Shown here piece by piece: positions 1-12,990 of a stretch of DNA of 64,000 nt. Location: the NCBI GenBank assembly GCA_951406725.2, contig OX597817.1:102982001-103046000 (forward strand), in the 5' to 3' direction. The notes below the pieces were generated by a model, which did not search any database, was not told where the DNA came from, and saw only the letters and a program-made list of their open reading frames with translations. This DNA is from Octopus vulgaris. Lineage: Eukaryota. Position 1 is the stretch's first letter; every line of letters begins with the position of its first letter. Position numbers and translations under genes: made by a program.

Positions 1-319
1 CTCCTTGAAAAAGAAATATAATTCTGAAGGAAAAAGTATAACACACAAAACACACACACACACACACACACACTTTATAATCACCCACACAAATATATGA
101 GTTCACACTTATGATTGAAATGGGTTAATAAATACAATTTCACATAATGTATCTACTTGTTAGATTGTCATTTTTTTTGATTTACAGAGAAAGGATTATA
201 GAGATGTGTGATATTTTCATGCTTTTCCCATGGATATTGGCCATGTAAGTGAACTGGAATGGATACATCAAGGATTTGAAACAGAGTTGTGTGGTCAGCT
301 CATTGACTGCTTACTCTGT

Positions 320-471
320 TTATCTAAAGAGACTGGCTTTTTCAGGTGTACATATGGCATGGTCATTTATACTTTGGTCATCAGCATACGAACAAAAACT
401 GGACTGTGGATATGAAATTGTTGAGGGAGGCTGCATTTCAATGTTGCCGTCTTTACAATCCTCTCGACTCG
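320..471 (-). CDS. CYYR1/Shisa-like gene, terminal coding exon 4 (cytoplasmic tail)
   Basis: Acceptor cttccttttcttcag|; (T)SREDCKDGNIEMQPPSTISYPQSSFCSYADDQSINDHAICTPEKASLFR then TAA at 322-320; phase matches exon 3. Confidence 0.85.
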
Positions 472-647
472 CTGAAGAAAAGGAAGCAGTTTGGTATTTA
501 CATAATTGAATATGATCATATGAAAAATATAAACAACAAACATAATTCATAATGAGTACATGAGGTGCATATACATGTGTGTGTGTGTGTGTGTGTATTT
601 CTCTGTCTCTCTGTATATATGTGTGCGTTTGTGTGTATGTGCGTGTC

Positions 648-679
<32 letters not shown>

Positions 680-779
680 AATATGAGAAAGGTTGTGTAA
701 TTAAGTAGCTATCAATTTATACGAGTCTCTGTATGCCACTTAATTATGTACAGATGCATTGTGTGTATGTATATGTCAA

Positions 780-1420
780 CATCATCATAATCATTTAATG
801 CCTATTTTCCATGCTGGCATGGAGGCTAGTATGCTCTACTGGATGTGTAATGTGCATGTACATGTGTGATTGTGTGCTTACTGTATTGAAAGAGAAGTTA
901 GGTATAAGAGGAATTAGATGCAGTGTGCAAGAGAGAAGACTGCACTGGTTTGGTCATGTGATGCAGATGAATACCAACAACTCCATAAAGAAGTGTCATT
1001 CACTCAAAGTGGATGGAATTCATGGAAGAGGGAGATCCAGAAAGACATGTGACAAAGTATTGAAGGACAACTTCAGAATGTTGAATCTTTAAGATGAGAT
1101 GACAAAGGACTGAAATACCTGGTACATTGATGAACTCAAGAAGACCCGTCCTCCACAGCAGAAGCATTAAGGCTGCATCCCCTGGTAAAGAGGATTGGCC
1201 TGTAAGAGTCTTGTGCCAGTGCCACATAAAAACATGCTGGTAGCACGCTAAAAGCACCCAGAACACACTACAAAGTGGTTGGCAATAGGAAGGGCTTCAA
1301 CTGTAAAAACCAAGCCAAATCAGATTGGAACCTGGTGCAGTTCTCCAACTTACCACCTCCTGTCAAATTGTCCAATACACACCAACATGGAAAACAAATG
1401 TTAAAGGATGATGATGATTT
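780..1420 (+). mobile_element. RTE-clade LINE 3' fragment (decayed)
   Basis: ORF 811..1092 RRLHWFGHV...GRGRSRKT is the typical RTE ORF2 C-terminus; 3' UTR and (GAT)n tail match the other RTE copies here. Confidence 0.8.
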
Positions 1421-1430
1421 TATATATATA

Positions 1431-2545
1431 TCAGGCTGAGTAAAAAGTAAGCAACGTTTTGAAACATGAAATTCATCACAATATATTTCAACAATGAGGA
1501 AGTTTTATTCATCAAAGTAAGTACCATTACAATCAACACATTTTTGCCAATGAGTTACTAGTTTGTTTATTGTGGTAACATAAAACTAGAGTTCTGGAGC
1601 TCATGAACTCTTTGAATGCATTTTCAGCATGAGGTTTGATATTTGAAATCCTTCTCTCACAAGAAATAATCAAGGTGCTTGAAAATGGTAGTTCTATTGG
1701 AGAAAGGTCTGGGGTGTAAGCTGGGTAGGGAAGAACTTCTAGCGCATCATTAGTGAAACGTGTGGTTGAGCATTGTATGAAGAATGATTGGTCCTCTTCT
1801 GTTGACCAGTCTGAGATTGAAGAATAGCAGTTTTCATTCATTTTGGCAATTTCATGGCAATATGTTTCTTCAGTAATGGTTTTTTGAAATTTTAAGCAGT
1901 TATAGTGGATGAGTCCAGCAGTACACCATCAAACAGTCACTATAATCTTCTTTTTGAGGAGCTCGGGTTTAGGGAAGGTTTTCAGTGCTTCATTGTGATC
2001 CAACCACTGTGAAGAACGCTTTTATTATTGTACAGAATCCACTTTTCATTGCAAGTTACAATACAGACAAGAAATGGATTGGTCTGGTTACGGAGAAGAA
2101 GCAATGAGCAAATTTCATATCTGCGCATTTTCTAATTTTCTTTCAAATCATGTGATACCCATTTGTTGAGTTTTTTGATTTTCCAATAACATGCAAATGG
2201 GTGCAGGCAGTTTTCTGGTTAAGTTGAAGTTCTTTCACCAGTTCTTGAGTGTTTTTACATGGATTTTTCTCAATGATGGTCTTTAATCGACCATCATCGA
2301 TAACTAATGGGCATCCACTATGCTCAGGATCTTCAAAGCTCAGGTCTCCACTGCAAAATTGTTTAAACCATTTTCGAGCTGATCACTCACCAATCATTTC
2401 CTCATCAAAAGTTTCATTGATATCACAAGCAATTTCAGCTGCTATACATCCTTTTTTGAGGTTGAATAGCAAAATAACCCAAATATCATGCTTTGACAGT
2501 TCCATTTCAGATGATTGTAACAATGGTGAAAAAGACATCAATGTT
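1431..2545 (-). mobile_element. mariner transposon remnant
   Basis: Minus-strand LEVLPYPAYTPDLSP (YSPDL-like motif); TA followed by tcaggctgagtaaaaagtaa as a TIR-like end at 1431; many stops and frameshifts. Confidence 0.75.
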
Positions 2546-2584
2546 AATATATATATATAAACTTAGATAAATAAACTTTGATCT

Positions 2585-4393
2585 GTCAATGTTTCTACGG
2601 CTGGATGCCCTTCCTAACGCCAACCACTCCATGAGTGTAGTGGGTGCTTTTTACGTGCCACCGGCACAGGTACCGGATGAGTCTGGCAAACGGCCATGAT
2701 CGGATGGTGCTTTTTATATGCCACTGGCACGGGGGCCAGGCGAGGCTGGTAACGGCCACGAACGGATGGTGCCTTTTATGTGCCACCGGCACGGGGGCCA
2801 GGCTGGGCTGGCAACGGCCACGAATGGATGGTGCTTTTTACGTGCCACCGGCACGAGGCCAGTCGGGTCGGCGCTGGCAACGGCCACAAACAGATGGTGC
2901 TTTTTACGTTCCACCGGCACGAGGCCAGTTGGGGCGGTGCTGGCAACGGCCGTGTTCGGATGGTTCTCTTACATGCCACCGGCACTGGTAACCCAGCTGC
3001 AATTTCCATTGATCAATTTCAATTCTGATTCTCACTTGCCTCAACAGGTCTTCACAAGTAGAGTTTTGTGTCCCAAGAAGGGAAGGTATGCATAAGTGGG
3101 CTGGCTACATCCCATGTAGAAGGCCACGGGTTATGGTCTCACTTGTCCTGACGGGTCTTCTCACGCACAGCATACTTCCAGAGGTCTCGGTCTCTAGTCA
3201 TTTCCTCAGTGAGACCTAAAGTTCAAAGGTCGTGCTAAACCACCTCGTCCCAGGTTTTCCTGGGTCTGCCTCTTCCACAGGTTCCCTCAACCGCTAGGGT
3301 GTGGCACTTTTTTACACAACTATCTTCATCCATTCTCGCCACATGTCCATACCAGCGCAAACGTCTCTCTTGCACACCACATCTGATGCTTCTTAGGTCT
3401 AGCTTTTCTCTTAAGGTACTTACACTCTGTCGAGTGTGAATACTGACATTACACATCCATCGGAGCATACTGGCTTCATTTCTTGCGAGCTTACGCATAT
3501 CCTCAGCAGTCACGGCCCATGTTTCACTGCCATGTAGCATGGCTGTTCATACACACGTGTCATACAGTCTGCCTTTTACTCTGAGCGAGAGGCCTTTTGT
3601 CACCAGCAGAGGTAAGAGCTCTCTGAACTTTGTCCAAGCTATTCTTACTCTAGCAGTTACACTTTCAGCACACCTGCCCCCGCTGCTGACTTGGTCACCT
3701 AGGTAATGGAAGCTATCAACTATTTCTAGTTTTTCTCCCTGGAAAGTGACAGAAGTTGGTCTCAGAGCATTTTCAGTGTTTATTGTTCCTGAGCATCTGC
3801 CACATACAAAAACCATCTTCCTAGTTAGCCTTCCTTTGACATTGCTGCACCTCTTATGTGTCCATAGCTTACACTTGGTGCATCTTATAGAGTTTCTACC
3901 TACACTTTTTCTACAGATCGAGCAGGGCCACCTACCTGAAGGCGTTTGTGATTTGTCTACCTTCCTACTTATTAGGACTTTGGTTTTAGCTAGATTGACT
4001 CTAAGGCCCTTCGATTCTAATCCTTGCTTCCACACCTGAAACTTCTCCAGTTCTGATAGTGACTCAGCAATTAGAGCAAGGTCATCAGCATAGAGGAGCT
4101 CCCAAGGGCATCCTGTCTTGAATTCCTCCGTTATTGCCTGGAGGACTATGATAAATAGGAGGGGGCTGAGGACTGAGCCTTGGTGGACCCTACCTCTACC
4201 CGGAATTTTTCACTGTACTCGTTGCCAACCCTCACCTTACTAGCAGCGTCCCTGTACATGGCTCGCACAGCTCTCACTAAACATTCATCTATCCCTAGTT
4301 TCCTCATTGACCACTAGATAAGGGATCAGGGCACCCTGTCGAAGGCTTTCTCCATGTCAACAAAAGCCAGGTACAGGGGCTTATCTTTGGCTA
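2585..4393 (-). mobile_element. RTE-clade LINE, 5'-truncated, disrupted RT
   Basis: Reverse-complement homologue of the 4775..6862 copy; ORFs 3547..4035 and 3235..3540 (YLG, MLHGSETW, RLRWYGHV, GRGRPRKTW). Confidence 0.92.
2625..2990. repeat. ~59-bp tandem repeats in RTE 3' UTR
   Basis: About 6 units of ggcaacggccacgaacggatggtgctttttacgtgccaccggcac...; the same array occurs at 6410-6700 and 7880-8170. Confidence 0.85.
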
Positions 4394-4774
4394 ATGTATA
4401 TATATATATACACCTTCTCCTTGACTTACAACTGAGTTCTGTTCTGACTGACAGCATGTAAGTCAATCTGGTCATATGTCGGACTTATATTCTTCAGCAC
4501 TATTGTCATTCAAATGCAACTGGTGCTTGAAAGCAACTGAGTGAGAGACAATGGCAGGCAGTGGATGCCTTGGTCTAATGGAGGCCTGCATTGCCAGATG
4601 CTGCCATAGTTATCATATGTGTAGCTTCCCAACGTCTGAAAATCGATTTTTAAAATTTTTTTATTTTTATTCATCTATTTATTTTTTCTGGTTGTAAGTT
4701 GCATAGGTTGTAAACTGAGGAGAAAGTGCATGAGTGTATATATATATATATATCCCATATATATATATATATAT

Positions 4775-6862
4775 TACCCAATGACTGGCGTAGCAGCACC
4801 ATAGTCAACTGCTACAAGGGTAAGGGTGATGCTCTAGATAGAAATAACTACAGGGGTATTAAACTGTTGGATCAGGTGATGAAGGTCACAGAGAGGGTCA
4901 TAACCCATCTCATTAGGGAGAGAATTTGCTTAGATGAGATGCAGTTCGGTTTTGTGCCGGGTAGAAGCACCACTGATTCTATATTCCTGGTCCGACAACT
5001 GCAGGAGAAGTACCTAGCTAAAGATAAACCCCTCTATATAGCTTTTGTGGACTTGGAGAAAGCCTTTGACAGGGTCCCCCGATCCCTTATCTGGTGGTCG
5101 ATGCGGAAACTGGAGATTGACGAATGGCTAATAAGGGCTGTACAGGCTCTATACAGAGAGGCTGTCAGCAAGGTTAGGATTGGCAACGAATATAGTGAAG
5201 AATTCCGGGTAGAAGTAGGTGTACACCAAGGCTCAGCCCTCAGTCCTCTTTTATTCATCATAGACCTCCAGGCAATAATAGAGGAATTCAAAACAGGTTG
5301 CCCCTGGGAGCTCCTCTATGCTGATGACCTGGCTCTCATAGCACAATCACTATCGGAACTAGAAAAGAAATTTCGGGTGTGGAAACAAGGGTTAGAATCA
5401 AAGGACCTTAGAGTAAATGTAGCAAAGACCAAAGTTATAGTAAGCAGAAAGGCGAACTTAGCACACACCCCATCGGGCAGGTGGCCCTGCTCGAGCTGTA
5501 GGAAAGGTGTAGGTAGAAACTCCATAAGATGCACCCAATGTAAGCTATGGATGCATAAGAGGTGCAGCAACATCAAAGGGAAATTAACTGATAAGATAGC
5601 TTTCATGTGCGGCAGATGCACAGGGACAATAGACACCACAAATACTCAGAAAACAGATTCCATCACACTCCAGGGGAAGAAACTAGAAGTAGTTGATAGT
5701 TTCCGCTACCTGGGTGACCAAGTTAGTAGTGGAGGTGGATGCTCAGAGAGTATCACCACTAGAATACGAATAGCCTGGGCAAAGTTTAGAAAGCTCCTAC
5801 CCCTACTGGCGACAAAGGGTCTCTCACTCAGAGTGAAAGGTAGATTGTATGATGCATGTGTGCAAACTGCCATGCTTCATGGCAGTGAAACATGGGCCAT
5901 GACTGCAGAGGACATGCGTAGACTTGAAAGAAATGAAGCTAGCATGATCTGCTGGATGTGTAATGTCAGAGTGAATGCACGACAAAATGTAAGCACCCTG
6001 AGAGAAATGCTAGACATAAGAAGCATCAGATGCGGTGTGCAAGAGCGATGCTTGTGATGGTATGGTCATGTACTGTGGATGGATGAGGAGAGATGTGTGA
6101 AGAAGTGCCGCTCCCAAACAGTTGAAGGAATCAGAGGGAGAGGTAGACCCAGGAAGACATGGGATGAGGTAGTCAAGCATGACCTCAGAGCGTTGGGCCT
6201 CACTGAGGCAATGGCGAAGGAGATGTGCTGGAGATGTGCTGTGACTACAAAGACTCGGGATGTTTCCAGCACCAGTTCCGCATAGCCCCTGCCCATTCAA
6301 AGTACCTTGGATCCCGGAACATCTCGCTGTGCTTGAGGAGACTTGTTGAGTCAAGTGCATGTACATGAACATCGAAACAAATATCAATGGAAATAGTAGT
6401 TGTGGTACCTGTGCCAGTGGCACATAAAAAGCACCATCCGAACGTGGCCGTTGCCAGCGCCGCCTCTACTGGCTTCTGTGCCGGTGGCACATAAAAAGCA
6501 CCATCCAAACGTGGCCGATGCCAGCGCCACCTCAACTGCCTTCTGTGCCAGTGGCACATAAAAAGCACCATCCGAACGTGGCCAATGCCAGCGCCGCCTT
6601 GGCTGGCTTCCGTGCCGGTGGCACGTTAAAGGCACCAACCAATCGTGGCTGATGCCAGACCCCCCTGGCACCTGTGCAGGTGGCACGTAAAAAGCACCCA
6701 CTACACTCACGGAGTGGTTGACGTTAGGAAGGGCATCCAGCTGTAGAAACACTGTCAGATCAGACTGGAGCCTGGTGCAGCCCCTGGCTTCCCAGACCGC
6801 GGTCGAACCTTCCAACCCGTGCTAGCGCGGAAAACAGACGTTAAATGATGATGATGATGATG
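4775..6862 (+). mobile_element. RTE-clade LINE, 5'-truncated, RT with premature stop
   Basis: ORF 4726..6057: YKGKGD, NYRGIKLL, QFGF, FVDLEKAFD, GVHQGSALSP, LYADD, FRYLG. TGA at 6055 replaces R in RLRWYGHV; 3' UTR tandem repeats and (GAT)n tail. Confidence 0.95.
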
Positions 6863-6963
6863 ATATATACACACACACACACATGTCATACACGTGGATA
6901 CAGATATGCATTTAACATGTATGTGAATAGTAATTAAATCATCAAAAAAATCTATTAACTCAC

Positions 6964-7145
6964 TCATGGAGACACTTCTAGTGTGTTGTGTGTCATCTTC
7001 CACAGTAATTACTTGTACATCGTTCATTCGACGAAGAGCCACAAGACAGCGAAATATGACAACTAAAAATACACATCCAACTATAACGCCAACCACTGCA
7101 CCAGCAATCTTGTAGCCATATTCATACTGTGCCTCGAGAATATAG
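6964..7145 (-). CDS. CYYR1/Shisa-like gene, coding exon 3 (transmembrane helix)
   Basis: Acceptor tttctcccattatttag|, donor A|gtgagt; 182 nt encoding YILEAQYEYGYK-IAGAVVGVIVGCVFLVVIF-RCLVALRRMNDVQVITVEDDTQHTRSVSM. Phase 2 in and phase 1 out match both neighbours. Confidence 0.9.
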
Positions 7146-7544
7146 CTAAATAATGGGAGAAAACAAATAACATTATTGTTACATTGTTACATAATAAATG
7201 GACTAACAAACAATATATAAAAGAAAAGAATGAACATAAATATCTGCACTCACTCCCTGCCACATGCATGCACACACACACACACATGTATGCATATATG
7301 TATGTGTGTATGTATGCATATGTTGAGGTGAGCTGGATATATTTCGTGCCAATTCACACAAAGTGGTTGTTAAATATTTGTTAAATGTTGAAGAAAGACC
7401 TACTCTGTCATGCTACAGAAACAAATGGTTCTGCACACTTGCGACAGCAATTTAGTTGATTGTTAAATGTTTTGAAGGTAAAGTTTAATTCTGTGTTTGC
7501 TGCACAAAATTTTCCATACAAACACACACACACACACACACATA

Positions 7545-8326
7545 TCTTGAGAGAAAAGTTGGACTTAAGAAGCATCAGATGTGGTGTGCAAGAGAGACGA
7601 CTGTGCTGGTATGGTCATGTGGAGAGAATGGATAAGGATAGCTGTGTGAAAAAGTGCCACACCCTAGCAGTTGAGGGAACTTGTGGAAGAGGTAAACCCA
7701 GGAAGACTTGGGTGACTGTAGCCTTTGGAAATATGCTGTACTTGAGAAGACCCGGCAAGCCAAGTGAGACCATAACCTTGTGGCCTATGCCAGAGGTGTA
7801 ACCAGCCCACTTATGCATACCTTTCAAGACTTGTTGAGGCAAGTGAAATAAAAATCGAAATCAAATTCGATGACTAGCATCCATGCTAGTGGAGTGCTAA
7901 GAGCACCATCCGAGCATGATCGTTGCCAGGGCAGCCAACTAGCTTCCATGCCAGCGGCACATAAAAAGCACCATTCAAGTGTGATTGGTACCAGCGTCGC
8001 TTTACTAGCATTTGTGCCGGTGGTATGTGAAAAAAAACATTCGAGCGAGGTCATAGCCAGTGCCACTGGACTGGCTCCTGTGCAGGTGGCATGTAAAAAC
8101 ACCATTTGAGCATGGCTGTTGCCAGTACCACCTGGCTGGCCTTGTGCCGGAGGCACATAAGAGCACCCACTACACTCTCGGAGTGGTTGGCATTAGGAAG
8201 GGCATCCAGCTGTAGAAACTCTGCCAGATCAGATTGGAGCCTGGTGCAGCCATCTGTTTCGTCAGTCCTCAGTCAAATCGTCTGACCCTTACTAGCATGG
8301 AAAGCAGACGTTAAACGATGATGATG
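7545..8326 (+). mobile_element. RTE-clade LINE 3' fragment
   Basis: LREKLDLRSIRCGVQERRLCWYGHV...GRGKPRKTW followed by the same 3' UTR and tail. Confidence 0.88.
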
Positions 8327-8329
8327 ACA

Positions 8330-8700
8330 CATACTTGACCGTCGCCCCGACCCCATGCCCAGCATCTCCACCCTTATCTGTCTAGCAGAACTTGTCCTCA
8401 CCCTCAACTACTTTACATTCATGGGGAAGATTTATCAATATTGTCTGGTGTTGCTATGGATACAACAATGGGCCCCAATTTCCCCAACTTATTTGTTGAT
8501 TACAGTGAGGCCCAGTATTCTCCCAATTCTCTGAACTGACCCCCAGAGTCAGTTCAGGCTACATAGGCAATAGGCAATTGTATAAGTGCCACCTCCCTCT
8601 CTGGCAAACAACTCCCCAATTAGTCTCTTTCCTTTCTAACTTTCACCTTTCTCTCCAATTTACATCTACCATCTCTGACACCTCTGTAAACTTCTTTTGA
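8330..8700 (+). mobile_element. Penelope-like RT fragment
   Basis: Frameshifted LAELVLTLNYFTF...GVAM...MGPNFPNLFV motif typical of PLE RT. Confidence 0.6.
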
Positions 8701-8889
8701 TCCTTTTATTTTATCTATTTATTATCTCCTTTTACCTTAAACACTTTTTTCATCATTTTTTATCCTTGTATTAATTTCTATTTTTTATCTTTTCATTTTT
8801 TATCTTGTAACTTTTATTTTTTATTTATTATTTTGTATTTTTTATTTTTATCCTGTATTTTTCTCTATTGTTTTAATCTATTTTATTTT

Positions 8890-9766
8890 TATATACACAC
8901 ATGCACACACATACATACACACACGTACATATGCGCACATGCACACACACGCACACATACATGAACACACATATACCTCCCACCTACACCACACACACAA
9001 CACACATATGTGCACACATACACACATGCACACATACATGCACGTACATACACATGAACACACATACCTCCCATCTACACCACACACACAACACATACGT
9101 GCACACACATACACACATGCATACACACACATCTCCACGTGCACACACGAACATACGCATAAGTACACTCCTACACTCATACATACACTTCCACATTCAC
9201 ACACACACATTCCCATTCGCACATACAAACACATACATGAGAGAGATAGTGAGAGACAGACGGACAGAGTGACACAGAGAGTGGGACACACACATGCCAC
9301 ACACACACACACGCACGCATTCCCTCTCCGTCTATGTACACACATCAGCACACTCATACACATACACACACTCACACTCACCCATTCATACACCCTGCAG
9401 ACTGCCTTTCAAACACCCTACCACAGACCACCCCATCTAAGCACATGTGTAAAGGCACACAACTACACAAAAACAACCGAACCTGTTACCATTGCTGCTG
9501 ACCTCTTACTGCAACATTAATAGACACAAAGATCACTCACACATACACATATAAGCAGTTAACACCACACACACTCAAACACGCACATATACCACTACAA
9601 CCACATGCACACATACACACACACACTCAGTTATTGCCTCATACACACTCAGTTACTGCCACACACACACATACCACTACCACACACACACACAACAACC
9701 ATACACACACACACACAACAACCATATACACACACACACACGCTATCACATACACACATACACACA
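8890..9766. repeat. CA-rich low-complexity region with internal duplication
   Basis: (CA)n-derived sequence; acacacatacctccca(c/t)ctacaccacacacacaacaca occurs twice. Confidence 0.85.
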
Positions 9767-10040
9767 GAAACCAACCTTCCCTTACACTCTCCTGTCTTAG
9801 AAAACACTTTCTCTTTCTCCATCTACTTCCAGTCATTCATAAATAGTAACCATATGTGGATTTCCCTTCATCTTCCTTTTCTTTTGGACTTTCCTCTGTC
9901 TCCTGTTTCTGAAGATGTAAAACAACCTTTCTTTCCATCCCTGAGCATCTTATTAATACTTTTACATGTGCCACATCCTTGAGGTGTTGTTTTCTTTTTC
10001 TTGTCTTTTTTCTGTTTTTGTTTTTTCATATTATTTACAT

Positions 10041-10074
<34 letters not shown>

Positions 10075-10371
10075 GTACATATATAATGAAAATAATAATG
10101 CAATACAAATGTATTACTTTCCAGTAAAAGATAGCCCCATAAGGGTAAAATTATACATATAAAAGTAGATAAATGGTACAAGGTACCGATATTTACTAGA
10201 AAATAGCAATCAATATAAATACAATGCTATTGTATAGCTTCACTACGTATATACTAGCAAAGACGTGTGTATGCAACAAATACACATGTATATATATATG
10301 TATGTTGCCTTTCCCTTGGATAACGTATGTATTCCAGTAAATATTGGTGCCTTGTACCAGTTATCTACTTT

Positions 10372-11082
<711 letters not shown>

Positions 11083-11102
11083 ACCCCTTACATATATATG
11101 TA

Positions 11103-11420
11103 AGGCGCATGGCTCAGTGGTTAGAGCGTCGAGCTTACGATCGTGAGGTTGTGAGCTCGAATCCCGGACCGGGCTGCGTGTTGTGTTCTTGAGCAAGGCA
11201 CTTTATTTCACATTGCTCCAGTTGCGACGTCACTGGTGCCAAGCTGTATCGACCTTTGTCTTTCCCTTGGATAACACTGGTGGCGTGGAGAGGGGAGGCT
11301 GGTATGCATGGGCGACTGCTGGTCTTCCATAAACAACCTTGCCCGGACTTGTGTCTAGGAGGGTAACTTTCTAGGTGCAATCCCATGGTCATTCATGACC
11401 GAAGGGGGTCTTTACCCTTT
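11103..11420 (+). mobile_element. tRNA-derived SINE (family A)
   Basis: A box TGGCTCAGTGG, B box GCTCGAATCC; close copy at 48011..48336. Confidence 0.85.
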
Positions 11421-11974
11421 ACATATATATATTGAGACTCAATATAAATTTAAAATTAAAATAATAAGGGTGAAAAATTGAGTATTAATTTGATTAATAT
11501 CAATTTAAAACCAGTGGTGTAGCATATTGAAAAGTCTGAAGTTTCAGAAAAAATTATATTACATACATATAAGAGGGATTACCTGTAAGAGGACATCCAT
11601 TATGCTAGAAGATGATCCACTATGGTCTTATCATTCCTTTGTTAGTGGTAAGACCATAGCGGATCTTCTATCATAATGTATGTCCACTTACAGTTCATTC
11701 CACTTATATAATAGTTTCAGTATTAAAGTGAAAGCATCTGACATTACAATAGAGACGTTTTTGTTTCACTTTTGACATGTAATACTGAAATAGTGGAGAA
11801 TATATATATATGTGTATATGTGTGTATGTATATATATATATGTGTCTTCTTGTCCCCGTCTGTCTTGATAGACAATGGGTTGCGCCAAGGGTGGGGCCTA
11901 CTTTGATGATGTGCAGCGTCTGCTGTGACTGAACAGTCCAATTCTAGAGTGGCAGAATTGGACTGTTCAGTCAC

Positions 11975-12024
11975 ATACATATATATATATATATATATGT
12001 ATGGATATATATATATATATATGT

Positions 12025-12062
<38 letters not shown>

Positions 12063-12178
12063 ATATATATATAAATACATATATACAAATACATATAACA
12101 TATATATATATGTGTGTGTGTATATATATGTGTGTGTGTGTGTATATATATATATGTGAATATATATATATATATATG

Positions 12179-12269
<91 letters not shown>

Positions 12270-12276
12270 ATATATA

Positions 12277-12318
<42 letters not shown>
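11975..12318. repeat. TA/TG compound microsatellite
   Basis: Direct inspection. Confidence 0.95.
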
Positions 12319-12319
<1 letters not shown>

Positions 12320-12321
<2 letters not shown>

Positions 12322-12479
12322 GAGTGGCTGTGTGGTAAGTAGCTTGCTAACCAACCACATGGTTCCGGGTTCAGTCCCACTGCGTGGCATCTTGGGCAAG
12401 TGTCTTCTGCTATAGCCCCGGGCCGACCAATGCCTTGTGAGTGGATTTGGTAGATGGAAACGGAAAGAAGCCTGTCATA

Positions 12480-12516
<37 letters not shown>

Positions 12517-12730
12517 TAGTGTGTTTTTGTGTGTCTGTGTTTGTCCCCCTAGCATTGCTTGACAACTGATGCTGGTGTGTTTACGTCCCCGTCACTTAGC
12601 GGTTCGGCAAAAAGAGACCGATAGAATAAGTACTGGGCTTACAAAAAGAATAAGTCCCGGGGTCAAGTTGCTCGACTAAAGGCGGTGCTCCAGCATGGCT
12701 GCAGTCAAATGACTGAAACAAGTAAAAGAG

Positions 12731-12731
<1 letters not shown>
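12320..12731 (+). mobile_element. tRNA-derived SINE (family B)
   Basis: GGAGTGGCTGTGTGGTAAG...GGTTCAGTCCC head, internal microsatellite, tail gactgaaacaagtaaaagag; many copies in the window. Confidence 0.85.
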
Positions 12732-12762
<31 letters not shown>

Positions 12763-12764
<2 letters not shown>

Positions 12765-12990
12765 TCATCATCATCATCGTTTAACGTCCGCTTTCCATGC
12801 TAGCATGGGTTGGACGGTTCAACTGGGGTCTGGCAAGCCCGAAGGCTACACCAGGCCAGTCAGATCTGGCAGTGTTTCTACAGCTGGATGCCCTTCCTAA
12901 CGCCAACCACTCCGAGAGTGTAGTGGGTGATTTTATGTGCCACCGACACAGGTGCCAGACGAGGCTGGCAGACGGCCACGCTCGGATGGT
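12763..12990 (-). mobile_element. RTE 3' tail fragment
   Basis: (CAT)n cgtttaacgtccgctttccatgctagcatgggttggac..., the reverse complement of the RTE 3' end. Confidence 0.8.

Noticed and set aside
188-244. Plus-strand exon-like segment (tttacag...gtaagt) that could join 13468..13534
   Set aside because: It gives no recognisable protein and lies antisense to the 3' UTR of the well-supported minus-strand gene; the phase match is a 1-in-3 chance.
2625-2990. CRISPR-like repeat/spacer appearance
   Set aside because: The variable parts are homologous to each other, the array is part of RTE 3' UTRs in several copies, and there are no cas genes in this eukaryotic context.
11103-11175. tRNA gene
   Set aside because: A and B boxes are present but there is no acceptor stem, and it continues into a SINE body repeated at 48011.
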